Positions 1 through 9,925 of a DNA stretch of 64,000 nucleotides are shown here, piece after piece. The notes beneath the pieces were generated by a model that saw only the letters and a list, made by a program, of their open reading frames with translations, was not told where the DNA came from and made no database searches. The DNA lies in assembly GCA_965228135.1 (NCBI GenBank), contig OZ245798.1:2891037-2955036 (forward strand), written 5' to 3'. Within the stretch, counting starts at the first letter, position 1. The number at the start of each line of letters is the position of its first letter. The translations under genes and the position numbers were made by a program. Source of the stretch: Tagaea sp. GTDB lineage: Bacteria > Pseudomonadota > Alphaproteobacteria > CACIAM-22H2.

Positions 1-100
1 GCAAAGGCATCGCGCGGCAGGAATCCCGCCGCGATCAGTGCCGCCACGGCACCACCGGTTTTCAGCGCCCGCCGGCGCGAAATCGCAAAACCGCTCATCT
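1..100 (-). CDS. 5'-partial CDS running off the window start; N-terminus MSGFAISRRRALKTGGAVAALIAAGF looks like a twin-arginine (Tat) signal peptide
   Basis: Read directly from the reverse complement of nt 1-100: ATG at 98-100, RRxAL motif followed by a hydrophobic stretch. Not in the ORF track because it is truncated. Confidence 0.3.
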
Positions 101-312
101 CTAAATCCGCTCCTGATCGCATCCGCCGAAGATGGGTTCGGGGGGTGACGGATGCAAGCCAGCGATCATAACCGCCCGCCCCCGTCCGCCGGAACAAACG
201 AATTTGAGCGCGACATGAGAAATTCGGCCGTTCGAAGGGCTTGCGCGACGCCGCCCTTTCCCCGAATTTCGCTGGGAAATCAAAACCGGGATCGCCCGGG
301 CGGGAGAATTCG

Positions 313-1512
313 ATGAAAAGCGGCCGCAACAAGCGCGCGGGCCAAGCCACGCGCGCCATCCATCTGGGCTACGACCCCGCCACCGCGCAAGGTGCTTTGA
401 CGCCGCCGATTTATCTCACCTCCACCTACGCGTTCGAATCGGTCGAACAGGGTGCGGCGCTGTTTCGGGGCGAACGCGAAGGCTATATCTACGGCCGCAC
501 CAAGAACCCGACGCAATCGCTGCTCGAACAGCGCATCGCCGATCTGGAAAACGCGGAAGCCGCGTTGGTCGTCGCCTCGGGCATGGCCGCGATCTCGGGC
601 ACGTTCTGGTCGCTGCTGAGCCAGGGCGACGGAATCGTCGCGGACAAGGTCGTCTACGGCAACACCTATGCGCTGCTCGACAAGGGCGTCACGCGCTTCG
701 GCATCGACACCAAATTCGTCGACTTCACGAATCTCGACGAGGTCGCCGCCGCGATCGGGCCCAAGACCAAGCTCGTCTATTTCGAGACGCCCGCCAATCC
801 GAACCTGCGCATCGTCGATATCGCGGGCGTGGTGGCGCTGGCGCGCGCCAAGAACGTGCTGGTCGTCGTCGACAACACTTTCGCCATACCGATCCTGCAG
901 CGCCCCCTCGATCTCGGCGCCGATCTCGTGATCCATTCCGCGACGAAGTTCCTGGGCGGGCATGGCGATCTGCTGGCGGGCGTGGTCGCGGGTAAAGCCG
1001 AGACGATCAAGACGATCCGCATGAACGGCTTGCGGTTCCTGACCGGCGCCACGATCTCGCCCTTCGCGGCGTTCCTGATGCTGCGCGGATTGAAGACGCT
1101 GGAGATCCGCGTCGAACGCCATTGCAAATCCGCCGTGACGATCGCCGAGCGCCTGGCCCAGCATCCGGCGATCGAGACGCTGCACTATCCGGGCCTTGCC
1201 GATCATCCGCGCGCCGCGATCGTCAAACGCCAAATGTCGGCGGGCGGCGGCTTGATCGCGTTCGAGATCAAGGGCGGCATCAAGGCGGGTATCGCCGTGA
1301 TGGACAGACTCGACATCATCCGCCGCGCGGTCAGCCTGGGCGATGCGGAAACGTTGATCCAGCATCCCGCGAGCATGACGCATGCGGCCTATGAGCCGGA
1401 GGTCCGCGCCAAGCACGGCATTTCCGACGGGTTGATCCGCTTGTCGGTCGGGCTCGAGAATGTCGAGGATATCTGGGACGATCTCGAGCAGGCGTTGACG
1501 GCGGTCGTTTAA
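313..1512 (+). CDS. PLP-dependent Cys/Met-metabolism enzyme (methionine gamma-lyase / O-succinylhomoserine sulfhydrylase family)
   Basis: Family-typical motifs HLGYDP, TPPIYLTSTYAF and SATKFLGGHGD (PLP lysine). GGGAGA RBS lies 7 nt before the ATG at 313. The ORF-track start at 241 is probably too far upstream. Confidence 0.8.
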   Translation: MKSGRNKRAGQATRAIHLGYDPATAQGALTPPIYLTSTYAFESVEQGAALFRGEREGYIYGRTKNPTQSLLEQRIADLENAEAALVVASGMAAISGTFWSLLSQGDGIVADKVVYGNTYALLDKGVTRFGIDTKFVDFTNLDEVAAAIGPKTKLVYFETPANPNLRIVDIAGVVALARAKNVLVVVDNTFAIPILQRPLDLGADLVIHSATKFLGGHGDLLAGVVAGKAETIKTIRMNGLRFLTGATISPFAAFLMLRGLKTLEIRVERHCKSAVTIAERLAQHPAIETLHYPGLADHPRAAIVKRQMSAGGGLIAFEIKGGIKAGIAVMDRLDIIRRAVSLGDAETLIQHPASMTHAAYEPEVRAKHGISDGLIRLSVGLENVEDIWDDLEQALTAVV

Positions 1513-2735
1513 ACGACCGCCGCCGCTTCCGCCGTCGGGTCGATGCGTTCGGGGCTGTGCCGCCCGACGAGGATCACGCCGGTGGCGCCAAGTAGCGTCG
1601 CCGAGGTGAGATACGCGATGCTGCCGAAAGTGCCGAGCCCGTCGACCAGCAGGCCGCCGAACACCGCACCCCCGGTGATCGCGACCTGGAACGCCGCGAC
1701 CAAAATGCCGCCGGCGGATTCCGCCAAATCGGGCGGGGCGACGCGCATCATCCAGGTCTGGAACCCGACCGGCAGCGCCCCGAAGGCGAAGCCCCACACG
1801 CCGACGGCTGCACCGGCGATCGGGCCCGACGCGCCGAACAGCAGCAGCGTGACGCCCATCGCCGCGATGACGCTCGCCCCGAACACGACCGACGCCTTGG
1901 CGTTGCGCGCGGTGATGATACCGCCGACGAGATTGCCGAAAAAGCCGCCGATTCCGAACGCGAGCAACGCGAGCGAGATCGCCTCCACCGACATTTGCGG
2001 CACGGTTTCCAAGAACGGGCGGATATAGGTGAAGCCGGCGAAATGGCCGGAGATCGTGACGATCACGCCGATCAGCACCAGCGCGATGCTGGGCTTGCGC
2101 GCGAGGATGAGCAACGTGCGCAGATCGGGCGCCCCGCGCGCGGGCAGGCGCGGCAGCGACAAAAGCTGCACCGTCAGCGCCACCACGCCGACGAGCGAGG
2201 CGAGCAGGAACACCGCGCGCCAGCCGATCAACGCGCCAAGATAGGCGCCGATCGGTGCGGCACTGACCGTCGCCACCGACACGCCCATCAGCACCAGCGA
2301 GATCGCGCGCGGCAAGGATTCCGCCGGCACCAAACGCATGGCGATGGCGGCCGCCATCGACCAGAACCCGCCAAGCCCGATGCCGAGCAACACGCGCGCG
2401 ATCAGCAGCGCGGGCAGGCTTTCGGCCGTCGCGGTCAGAATGCTGGAGACGATCAAAGAAACGCTCAGCGTCCAGATCACGAGGCGCCGGTCGATTCCGC
2501 GCGACACGATCGCGGCGATCAGCGCCGCGATGCCCGCCGCGATGGCGGTCGCACTGATCGCCTGTCCGGCGGCCCCCACGGAGACGCCGATATCGGCGGC
2601 CATCGGCGTGAGCAGGCTTGCGGGCAGGAATTCGGCGGTGACGAAGCTGAACGAGCCGAAAGCGAGCGAAACGACGCCCGCCCAAAGCGCCTTTTGCGGC
2701 ATAACGGCCGCAGGCTCGACGTCGGGATTTGACAT
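1509..2735 (-). CDS. MFS transporter (sugar/drug efflux-like)
   Basis: About 12 predicted TM segments and an MFS-like composition. AAGGAA RBS precedes the ATG at 2735. Converges on the upstream gene with a 4-bp overlap. Confidence 0.8.
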   Translation of the reverse strand: MSNPDVEPAAVMPQKALWAGVVSLAFGSFSFVTAEFLPASLLTPMAADIGVSVGAAGQAISATAIAAGIAALIAAIVSRGIDRRLVIWTLSVSLIVSSILTATAESLPALLIARVLLGIGLGGFWSMAAAIAMRLVPAESLPRAISLVLMGVSVATVSAAPIGAYLGALIGWRAVFLLASLVGVVALTVQLLSLPRLPARGAPDLRTLLILARKPSIALVLIGVIVTISGHFAGFTYIRPFLETVPQMSVEAISLALLAFGIGGFFGNLVGGIITARNAKASVVFGASVIAAMGVTLLLFGASGPIAGAAVGVWGFAFGALPVGFQTWMMRVAPPDLAESAGGILVAAFQVAITGGAVFGGLLVDGLGTFGSIAYLTSATLLGATGVILVGRHSPERIDPTAEAAAVV

Positions 2736-2832
2736 GGAAATTCCTTTCGATCCCCGAGATGGGGTCGAAACCCGGTATTTCAATGCCAAATAAATCGCCG
2801 CTCGTTCGAAGCTGCGAACGCGTGACCGCGAA

Positions 2833-3777
2833 TTACGTCGGGCCTTCGGGGCGCGGGGCGGGCGGGATCTGCGATTGGCGCACCGAATTTCGGTGCAGGG
2901 TGTAGATCGCCGCCGCGACGATCAAGGCCGAGCCCGCGATCGTCGCCAGCGTGGGCATCTCGTCGTAAAGCCAATAGCCGACCGCCGCCATCATCAGCAG
3001 CCGCAGATATTGCAGCGGTGCGATCGCCGACGCGTTGCCGGTGCGAAACGCCGTGGTGAACAGCAAGGTCGACACGGCTTGCAGCACGGCCAATACGATG
3101 ATGATCGCGAGCGCGCCTGCCGTGGTCGGCACCCAAACCCACCACGCCATCGGCGCAAAACACGCGATCAGCACCAGGCTTTGGAAGAAGATCACCGTCT
3201 CGGCGGTGTCCAAACGCGAGCCGAAGCGCAACGTGACGACCGACACCGCCCCCGCCGCCGACCCCGCCAAAGCGAGCAGCGCATAGAATTCGATCGGCCC
3301 CGAGAAAGGCTGGAGCATCACGCCCACGCCGAAAAAGCCGACGGCCGTCGCCGACCAGCGCCGCCAGCCGACTTTCTCGCCCAGGAACAGCGCGGCCAGT
3401 GCGGTGATGAACAGCACCTCCGACATCTGGATCGCGGTCACGTCGGCGAAGGGGATATGGACGACGGCGATATTGCCGCACAGCATCGAGCAGACGGCGG
3501 CGGCGCCGCGAAACAGATGCAGGCGCAAGCCTTGCGGATGCAGGATGGCGCTGCGATGGCGCCAGAACAGCGGCGTCATGATCAACACCGCGAAGGTTTG
3601 GCGCAGGAACAGGATCTCGACCACCGGCAGCGTTTCGGCCGCCTTGCGCAGCATGACGCCGGTGACCACGAACATGCACATCGCCGCAAGCATCAACAGC
3701 GAAGCGGCGAAATCGGGCGGTAACGACCGAAAATCGCGCCGCAGGTCTTGTAGCCGCGCGATCGGCGAGGTGGACAA
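2833..3777 (-). CDS. DMT superfamily (EamA-like) transporter
   Basis: Ten hydrophobic segments and EamA-like duplicated repeats. TTG start at 3777 with GGAGGAAG RBS 7 nt upstream. Confidence 0.75.
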   Translation of the reverse strand: MSTSPIARLQDLRRDFRSLPPDFAASLLMLAAMCMFVVTGVMLRKAAETLPVVEILFLRQTFAVLIMTPLFWRHRSAILHPQGLRLHLFRGAAAVCSMLCGNIAVVHIPFADVTAIQMSEVLFITALAALFLGEKVGWRRWSATAVGFFGVGVMLQPFSGPIEFYALLALAGSAAGAVSVVTLRFGSRLDTAETVIFFQSLVLIACFAPMAWWVWVPTTAGALAIIIVLAVLQAVSTLLFTTAFRTGNASAIAPLQYLRLLMMAAVGYWLYDEMPTLATIAGSALIVAAAIYTLHRNSVRQSQIPPAPRPEGPT

Positions 3778-3964
3778 GCGTCTTCCTCCGAGAGATTGGT
3801 AATATCAATCGCTTATCCCCGCCGCGACGACAAGCCTTAAAGGCTCGAACGTCCAATCCAGCGATCAAAAAATGATCTCTAAATAGGTCTTTAAAGGCTT
3901 TTAAAGCTTATTAATGGATCATCACTTGTCGAGAATGAAATTTCGACTATGCTCCATAAAAAGA

Positions 3965-3983
3965 GCGTAAATTTAATTTACGC
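3965..3983. promoter_or_regulatory. Near-perfect inverted repeat GCGTAAATT-T-AATTTACGC in the AT-rich hipB leader; candidate HipB autoregulatory operator
   Basis: Palindrome read directly, sitting within an AT-rich (~35% GC) 170-bp intergenic region immediately 5' of the hipB start. Further CTTTAAAG-type palindromes occur at 3833-3846 and 3887-3908. Confidence 0.35.
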
Positions 3984-3990
3984 CCTAATT

Positions 3991-4341
3991 ATGGATCAAA
4001 TTATGCCGAAACCGCAAAGCCGCACGCTTTCGCGCCAGACGCAAGAAGCATTGGCCCATCTCGGCCATCTCGTTCGCGCGGCGCGCATCACGCGCAAGGA
4101 AACCGTGGCGCAGCTCGCCGAGCGGATGGGCGTCTCGCGCGGACTTCTGCAACGCATCGAGCGCGGCGATCCCGGTTGCGCGGTCGGTGCGGTCTTCGAA
4201 GCAGCTTCCTTGGTCGGCATACGTCTATTCGGTCTCGACCCGGCGCAGCTATCCGCGAACGTCGCGCAATCCGCGCGCGAATTGACGCTGCTGCCGCGCG
4301 CGGCGCGGCGCGCCCGGCGCGAGGTCAAGGATGACTTCTAA
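3991..4341 (+). CDS. hipB: HipB-like XRE-family HTH antitoxin/transcriptional regulator
   Basis: HTH_XRE signature (TQEALAHLGHLVRAARITRKETVAQLAERMGVSRGLLQRIERG). Overlaps hipA by 11 nt. Alternative start at 4003. Confidence 0.7.
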   Translation: MDQIMPKPQSRTLSRQTQEALAHLGHLVRAARITRKETVAQLAERMGVSRGLLQRIERGDPGCAVGAVFEAASLVGIRLFGLDPAQLSANVAQSARELTLLPRAARRARREVKDDF

Positions 4342-5611
4342 ATCGAACGACGAAGCCTATGTCTGGGTCTGGCTGCCGGGCGCCACGGCGCCGATCGTCG
4401 CGGGACGAATCGCGCGCGACGGTGCGCGCTACTTCTTCAACTACGGGCGCAGCTATCTCGAACACAAAGCGGCGATGGCACTCTATCTGCCCGAGATGCC
4501 GTTGCGCCGCGGCGAGATCGCACCGCCGGATGGCCTTGCCATCGCCGGCGCGCTACGCGACGCCGCCCCCGACGCATGGGGACGGCGCGTCATCGTCAAC
4601 CGGCTACTCGGCACGAAGGGTGCGGCGATCGACGTCGATGCGCTCGACGAGATGACTTATCTGCTCGAATCGGGATCGGACCGGATCGGCGCGCTCGATT
4701 TCCAGCGCGCGAGCGACATCTATACGCCGCGCGGCGGCAAGGCCGCGACGCTCGAGGAATTGCAGAATGTCGCCGAGCGCGTGCAGAACGGCGTGCCGCT
4801 GACGCCCGAGCTGGAACAGGCGATGTTCCACGGCTCCAGCCTGGGCGGGGCGCGGCCCAAAGCGGCGATCGAAACGCAAGACGCCAAATTCATCGCCAAA
4901 TTCTCGGCCAGCGGCGACGTTACCAATGTCGTCAAAGCGGAATTCGTCGCGATGCGACTGGCGACGGCGATCGGGCTGGACGCGGCACCGGTCAAGCTCG
5001 AACGCGCGGCGGGCAAGGATGTGCTGCTGGTCGAGCGTTTCGACCGGGTGCGCAAGGGCAAAGCCTGGACACGCAAGGCGATGGTCTCGGCGTTGACGTT
5101 GTTCGGCCTCGACGAAATGATGGGCCGCTATGGGAGCTATCGCGATCTCGCCGACATTGTCCGCGCGCGGTTCACCGAACCCAAAGCGAGTTTGCATGAA
5201 ATTTTTGGCCGATTGGTCTTCAACATTCTGTGCGGCAACACCGACGATCACGCACGAAATCACGCGGCGTTCTGGGACGGCGAGATGCTGACGCTAACCC
5301 CCGCCTACGACATCTGCCCCCAAAATCGAACAGGGCGCGAAGCCAATCAGGCGATGGAAATCGCCGATGGCAACCGCGCGAGCACGCTGGCGAATTGCCT
5401 GGCCGCCGCACCGCATTTCCTGCTGACGGCGAAAGCGGCGCACGACATCGTCGTTGCGCAGATCGAAGCTATTCGCGCGCATTGGCGCGACGTGGCCGAC
5501 GCTGCGGCGTTGACTAGAATCGACAAAGAGATGCTATGGCGCCGGCGCCTGCTCAATCCCTACGCCTTCGACGGCGCGCCCGCCGCCATTGCGGCCCTGG
5601 ATCGGGACTAA
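4331..5611 (+). CDS. hipA: HipA-family serine/threonine kinase toxin
   Basis: HipA N-terminal coupling region plus C-terminal catalytic loop CGNTDDHARNHAAF (HipA D/N motif). Adjacent to and overlapping hipB. Confidence 0.8.
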   Translation: MTSKSNDEAYVWVWLPGATAPIVAGRIARDGARYFFNYGRSYLEHKAAMALYLPEMPLRRGEIAPPDGLAIAGALRDAAPDAWGRRVIVNRLLGTKGAAIDVDALDEMTYLLESGSDRIGALDFQRASDIYTPRGGKAATLEELQNVAERVQNGVPLTPELEQAMFHGSSLGGARPKAAIETQDAKFIAKFSASGDVTNVVKAEFVAMRLATAIGLDAAPVKLERAAGKDVLLVERFDRVRKGKAWTRKAMVSALTLFGLDEMMGRYGSYRDLADIVRARFTEPKASLHEIFGRLVFNILCGNTDDHARNHAAFWDGEMLTLTPAYDICPQNRTGREANQAMEIADGNRASTLANCLAAAPHFLLTAKAAHDIVVAQIEAIRAHWRDVADAAALTRIDKEMLWRRRLLNPYAFDGAPAAIAALDRD

Positions 5612-5628
5612 GCGGATCGGGATTGAAA

Positions 5629-5714
5629 TGGTGCCCCAGGCCGGACTTGAACCAGCACGCCCTTGCGGGCAACAGATTTTGAGTCTGCCGCGTCTACCGT
5701 TCCGCCACTGGGGC
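5629..5714 (-). tRNA. tRNA-Leu (anticodon CAA)
   Basis: Manual fold: 7-bp acceptor GCCCCAG/CTGGGGC, anticodon loop CUCAAAA, long class-II variable arm, TTCAAGTCC T-arm, discriminator A and encoded CCA. Confidence 0.9.
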
Positions 5715-5820
5715 CAACCAAGTCGCCGGATAGAGCGCGCGGGATCATAGGGATAGCGGCGCCCACGTCAACTTTTTTAGGGGGCCTTGCGCGGATCCCT
5801 CGCGCGTCGTAGCCAGAGCC

Positions 5821-6537
5821 ATGGGCCTTCGCCTTTCCGACATCGATATCGCCGTGCTCGCGGGCGGTTTGGGCACGCGCCTGGCCGGCGCGGTCCCCGG
5901 CCTGCCCAAAGTGCTGGCCCCGGTCGCCGGGCGGCCGTTTATCGAACATCTGGTCGATTGGCTGGCGGGTCACGGCGCCAAACGCATCGTCTTCCTGCTC
6001 GGCCATCGCGCGGACATGGTCACCGACCATCTCGCCCGCCATCGCCGCGCCGGGATCGCGTTCGATTGGTCGATCGAACCCGAACCCTTGGGCACGGGCG
6101 GCGCGCTTGCCTTCGCCGCATCCAAATTCCGCAGCGATCCCGTGCTGGTCGTCAACGGCGACACCTTCGTCGATGCCGATCTCGGCGCCTTCTGCGCCGC
6201 CTATGCCAAGCCCGCGACGATGCTGGCGGTCGAGGTCGACGATGCCGGGCGCTATGGGCGGCTCGACATCGCGTACGGCAAAGTCATGCGCTTCGTCGAA
6301 AAGGATCCTTCGTTCACGGGCAAAGCCGCGATCAATGCGGGGCTTTATCTTCTGTCGCGCGACTTGATCGGCGGCATCGCCACCGGCAAACAAGTTTCGC
6401 TCGAACGCGATGTGTTCGAACGCCTCGCACCCGGCACGATCGCCGCCCCGATCGATGCGAAGGCGCGCTTCGTCGATATCGGCACGCCGGAAAGCTGGCA
6501 GAATGCCGCGTCGATCGTCATAGGACCCAAAGCATGA
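5821..6537 (+). CDS. Sugar-phosphate nucleotidyltransferase (GlmU/RmlA/MurU-like)
   Basis: N-terminal LAGGLGTRL nucleotide-binding motif and NGDTF motif. ATGA overlap with the downstream NUDIX gene. Confidence 0.75.
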   Translation: MGLRLSDIDIAVLAGGLGTRLAGAVPGLPKVLAPVAGRPFIEHLVDWLAGHGAKRIVFLLGHRADMVTDHLARHRRAGIAFDWSIEPEPLGTGGALAFAASKFRSDPVLVVNGDTFVDADLGAFCAAYAKPATMLAVEVDDAGRYGRLDIAYGKVMRFVEKDPSFTGKAAINAGLYLLSRDLIGGIATGKQVSLERDVFERLAPGTIAAPIDAKARFVDIGTPESWQNAASIVIGPKA

Positions 6538-7133
6538 GCGACAAGGAACCGCCGGTGCGCGTCGTGGCGCGCGAGACCGCCTTCGAGAACAAGGTCTGGC
6601 GCGTGCGCCGCGACCATATTCGCGACGATGCGGGCAACGAAGTGCGCGACTACGTCACACTCGCGCCCAAGGCGGCCCCCGACGCGTCGGAAGGCAAAGC
6701 GGCCCCCACGCAAGGGGTCGCCGTCGTCGCGCGCGTCAAGGACGGGCGCATCGCGTTGCTGCGCAATTGGCGCCATCCGATCGGCCGCTGGGGCTGGGAA
6801 TTGCCCAAAGGCTTCGTCGATGCGGGCGAGGACGAAACCACCGCCGCTCGGCGCGAATTGGCCGAGGAAACAGCCCTTGCCTCGCCCTACCCGTTGGTGC
6901 CGCTGGGCCTTGTCGCGGCCGAGCCGTCGAGCATCGCGGGTTTCGCCGCGTTGTTCCTGGCGCGCGATTGCGCGGCCACGGGCGCCACACTCGATTCGGA
7001 GCTTGGCATGGGTCGCGCGACGCTGCTCGACGACGACGAAATTCTCGCCCTCGAATCGGCGGGCGAGATCTTCGACGCGCTGACCTTGGTCGGGCTTGCG
7101 CGGGCGCGGAATCTGGCTAAGTTCCAGCCATGA
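6534..7133 (+). CDS. NUDIX hydrolase
   Basis: Nudix box GWELPKGFVDAGEDETTAARRELAEETA. Translationally coupled to the upstream nucleotidyltransferase. Confidence 0.75.
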   Translation: MSDKEPPVRVVARETAFENKVWRVRRDHIRDDAGNEVRDYVTLAPKAAPDASEGKAAPTQGVAVVARVKDGRIALLRNWRHPIGRWGWELPKGFVDAGEDETTAARRELAEETALASPYPLVPLGLVAAEPSSIAGFAALFLARDCAATGATLDSELGMGRATLLDDDEILALESAGEIFDALTLVGLARARNLAKFQP

Positions 7134-8683
7134 CTGGCACTTCCCGCCCCGTTGTCTTGTGCGTTTTGGACGGGTTCGGCCATCGCGTCGAACGCGCGAA
7201 CAATGCGGTGGCACTCGCCCGCACGCCGAATTTCGACAAGCTGCGCGCCCTTCATGCGCCCGCCTTCCTGGAAGCGTCCGAACGCCATGTCGGCTTGCCC
7301 GTGGGCCAAATGGGCAATTCCGAAGTCGGGCATATGAATCTGGGCGCGGGCCGCGTCGTGATGCAGGATCTCGTGCGCATCGATGCGGGAATCGAAGACG
7401 GCTCGTTCTTCAAACTTCCCGCCTTGACCGACGCGATCGCCAAGGCGAAAGCCACCGGTGGTACTGCGCAGATCATGGGCCTGCTATCGCCCGGCGGCGT
7501 GCATTCGCATCAAGATCATATCGTCGCCCTCGCGCGCGCCTTCGCGCAAGCAAGCGTGCCCGTGCGCATTCATGCGTTTCTCGACGGGCGCGACACGGCA
7601 CCGCGTTCGGCGGAAGATTTTCTCGCCAAGTTCGAAACGGATATCGCGGGCTTCAAGGACACGAAGCTCGCCACCGTCGCGGGACGCTACTATGCGATGG
7701 ATCGCGACAAACGCTGGGAACGTGTCGAGTTGGCCTACAACGCCTTGGTCGATGCCAACGCGCCGAAATTCGCGACGTGGCAAGAAGGTGTGAGCGCTTC
7801 CTACGCCGCCGATATCAACGACGAATTCGTCAAACCCTTCGCGTTGCCCGGTTACGCGGGCATGAAGGACGGCGACGTGCTGGTGATGGCGAATTTCCGC
7901 GCCGACCGCGCACGCCAAACGCTCGATGCGCTGCTCGATCCCGCATTCGCGGGCTTCGCGCGCGCGCGCATCGTGAATTTCGCGGCGGCGACTGGCATGG
8001 CGGAATATTCGTCCGGTCTCGCCAAGCGCATGACCGCGATGTACGCGCCGCAATCGCTCGCCAACATGATGGGCGAGATCGTGTCAAAAGCGGGCCGCAC
8101 GCAATTGCGCATCGCGGAGACCGAGAAATACGCGCATGTCACCTTCTTCTTCAACGGCGGCGAAGAAAAGGAATGGCCGGGCGAGAAGCGCATCTTGGTG
8201 CCCTCGCCCAAGGTCGCGACTTACGATCTTCAGCCCGAGATGTCCGCACCCGAGATGACCGACAAGCTGGTCGCGGCGATCAATTCGGGCGAATTCGATT
8301 TCGTGGTCGTGAACTACGCCAATTGCGACATGGTCGGGCACACGGGCGATCTCAAAGCCGCGATCAAGGCGGTCGAAACGGTCGATGCCTGCGTGGGCCG
8401 CGTGGCCGAAGCCGTCGAAAAGATGCATGGCGCCTTGCTCGTCACCGCCGATCACGGCAATTGCGAATGCATGCTCGATCCCGTCACCGGCCAGGCGCAA
8501 ACCGCGCATACGTTGAACCCCGTGCCCGTCTACGTGCTCGATTCGCGTTTGCCGGGGCGCAACGCGCCCATCGCGGTGCATGACGGCAAGCTCGCCGACG
8601 TCGCGCCCACGCTGCTCGAATTGATGGGCCTGGCCCCGCCGCCCGAAATGACCGGGCGATCGCTGATCGCGGTTCCGGCGTGA
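7130..8683 (+). CDS. gpmI: 2,3-bisphosphoglycerate-independent phosphoglycerate mutase
   Basis: 517 aa with iPGM motifs (VVLCVLDGFG, NSEVGHMNLGAGR, ADHGN). ATGA overlap with the upstream gene. Confidence 0.92.
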   Translation: MTGTSRPVVLCVLDGFGHRVERANNAVALARTPNFDKLRALHAPAFLEASERHVGLPVGQMGNSEVGHMNLGAGRVVMQDLVRIDAGIEDGSFFKLPALTDAIAKAKATGGTAQIMGLLSPGGVHSHQDHIVALARAFAQASVPVRIHAFLDGRDTAPRSAEDFLAKFETDIAGFKDTKLATVAGRYYAMDRDKRWERVELAYNALVDANAPKFATWQEGVSASYAADINDEFVKPFALPGYAGMKDGDVLVMANFRADRARQTLDALLDPAFAGFARARIVNFAAATGMAEYSSGLAKRMTAMYAPQSLANMMGEIVSKAGRTQLRIAETEKYAHVTFFFNGGEEKEWPGEKRILVPSPKVATYDLQPEMSAPEMTDKLVAAINSGEFDFVVVNYANCDMVGHTGDLKAAIKAVETVDACVGRVAEAVEKMHGALLVTADHGNCECMLDPVTGQAQTAHTLNPVPVYVLDSRLPGRNAPIAVHDGKLADVAPTLLELMGLAPPPEMTGRSLIAVPA

Positions 8684-9852
8684 ACAAGGCGATTGCCCTC
8701 GCCTTTCTTTCGCTGCTGATCGCGGCAAACGCCGTCGCCCAAACCAACCCGTCCGAACGGCTGATCGAGCTTGAGCGCCTGATGGAGCAGGAGCGCGGGC
8801 GCGAACGCGGCCTGGCGCGCGAAACGCAAGCGACCCTCGCCGCGATCGCCGAATTGCGTTTGAAAAGCGTGGACGCCGCGAAAGCCGCGTCGGCCGCCGA
8901 GGATCAGGCGTTCGAAATCGAAACGCGCATCGCCACGCTGGACCAGGAAGCCGCGTCGCGGCGCGAAGCGATCGACAAGCGCCGGTCGGAGATCGCCGCC
9001 ACGGCCGGGGCGCTGCTACAGCTTGCCCGCCGCCCGCCCGAATCGCTGGCATTGGAGCCGCATTCGCCGCTCGATTCGGCGCGCGCGGGGCTGCTCGCCT
9101 CGGCCACCATCCCCGAACTGGAACGCCGGGCGAGCGAATTGCGCCGGGAATTGACGGCGCTGGAAACCGCCCGCGTGGCGGCGGCCCGGGAACGCGAAAA
9201 ATTATCGACGGCGCTGGCCGCTTTGGCGGCCGAATCCGCCCGGCTCGACGCGGCGATCGACGCGCGCAACAAGGCGCTTTCGCGCCTGACCGACGATTGG
9301 CGCGAATACGCCGCCAGGCTGGAACGGATGGGCCGCGAAGCCCAGGATTTGCGCGATTTGGTGGCAAGGCTGGAGGATCGGCCGGCCCCAACCCAGGCCC
9401 GTGTCCCTGCCGCCCGCCCCCTTGCGCCGTCGCGCGCGACCGGGGAATTGGCGGCCCTGGCCGGGTATCGCTGGCCGGTGCGCGGCGGGTTGATCGAAAG
9501 CTTCGGCGACACCCAAAGCGGGGGCCAAATCGCGCGGGGCCTGACCATCGAACCGCGCGAAACCGCCGCCGTGATCGCCCCGTTCGACGGCACCGTGGCT
9601 TTTGCCGGGCCGTTTCGGGGTTACGGGCTTATCTTGATCCTCGAACATAGCGGGGGATATCATTCGGTTCTGGCGCAGTTGGGCCGAATCGACGCCGTCG
9701 TGGGACAAGCCGTGACGGCGGGCGAACCGGTCGGGCGTGCGGGTGCGAGCGAGCAGGGAACGCCGGTGCTCTATCTGGAGCTTCGGCGCAACGGTCAGCC
9801 GGTCGATCCCACGCCCTTGCTGTTCGGCGCCGAAGCCGGTGCGCGTCGCTAG
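8680..9852 (+). CDS. envC: Murein hydrolase activator, M23 peptidase family (EnvC-like)
   Basis: Signal peptide, long coiled-coil region and C-terminal LytM/M23 domain. GTG start overlapping the gpmI stop. The gpmI-envC-ctpA-yibQ-like order is the conserved alphaproteobacterial arrangement. Confidence 0.75.
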   Translation: MNKAIALAFLSLLIAANAVAQTNPSERLIELERLMEQERGRERGLARETQATLAAIAELRLKSVDAAKAASAAEDQAFEIETRIATLDQEAASRREAIDKRRSEIAATAGALLQLARRPPESLALEPHSPLDSARAGLLASATIPELERRASELRRELTALETARVAAAREREKLSTALAALAAESARLDAAIDARNKALSRLTDDWREYAARLERMGREAQDLRDLVARLEDRPAPTQARVPAARPLAPSRATGELAALAGYRWPVRGGLIESFGDTQSGGQIARGLTIEPRETAAVIAPFDGTVAFAGPFRGYGLILILEHSGGYHSVLAQLGRIDAVVGQAVTAGEPVGRAGASEQGTPVLYLELRRNGQPVDPTPLLFGAEAGARR

Positions 9853-9925
9853 CGCGGTTTGCTTGGCGAACGCATTTTGAGTGTCGACGGCCGGGCCATG
9901 TGGTCCGGCGGAAAAGGAACCCCCG

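Noticed and set aside
280-2685. 801-aa Arg/Gly/Asp-rich ORF antisense to the PLP enzyme and MFS genes. Similar long antisense ORFs occur at 9629..11827, 11194..12627, 13058..14560, 15167..16744, 29668..31545 (N-terminal part), 43936..46389 (N-terminal part) and 54281..55948.
   Set aside because: These are typical frame artifacts of high-GC DNA: no stop codons in the antisense frame, extreme Arg/Ala/Gly bias, no domain motifs, and they overlap well-supported genes on the other strand.
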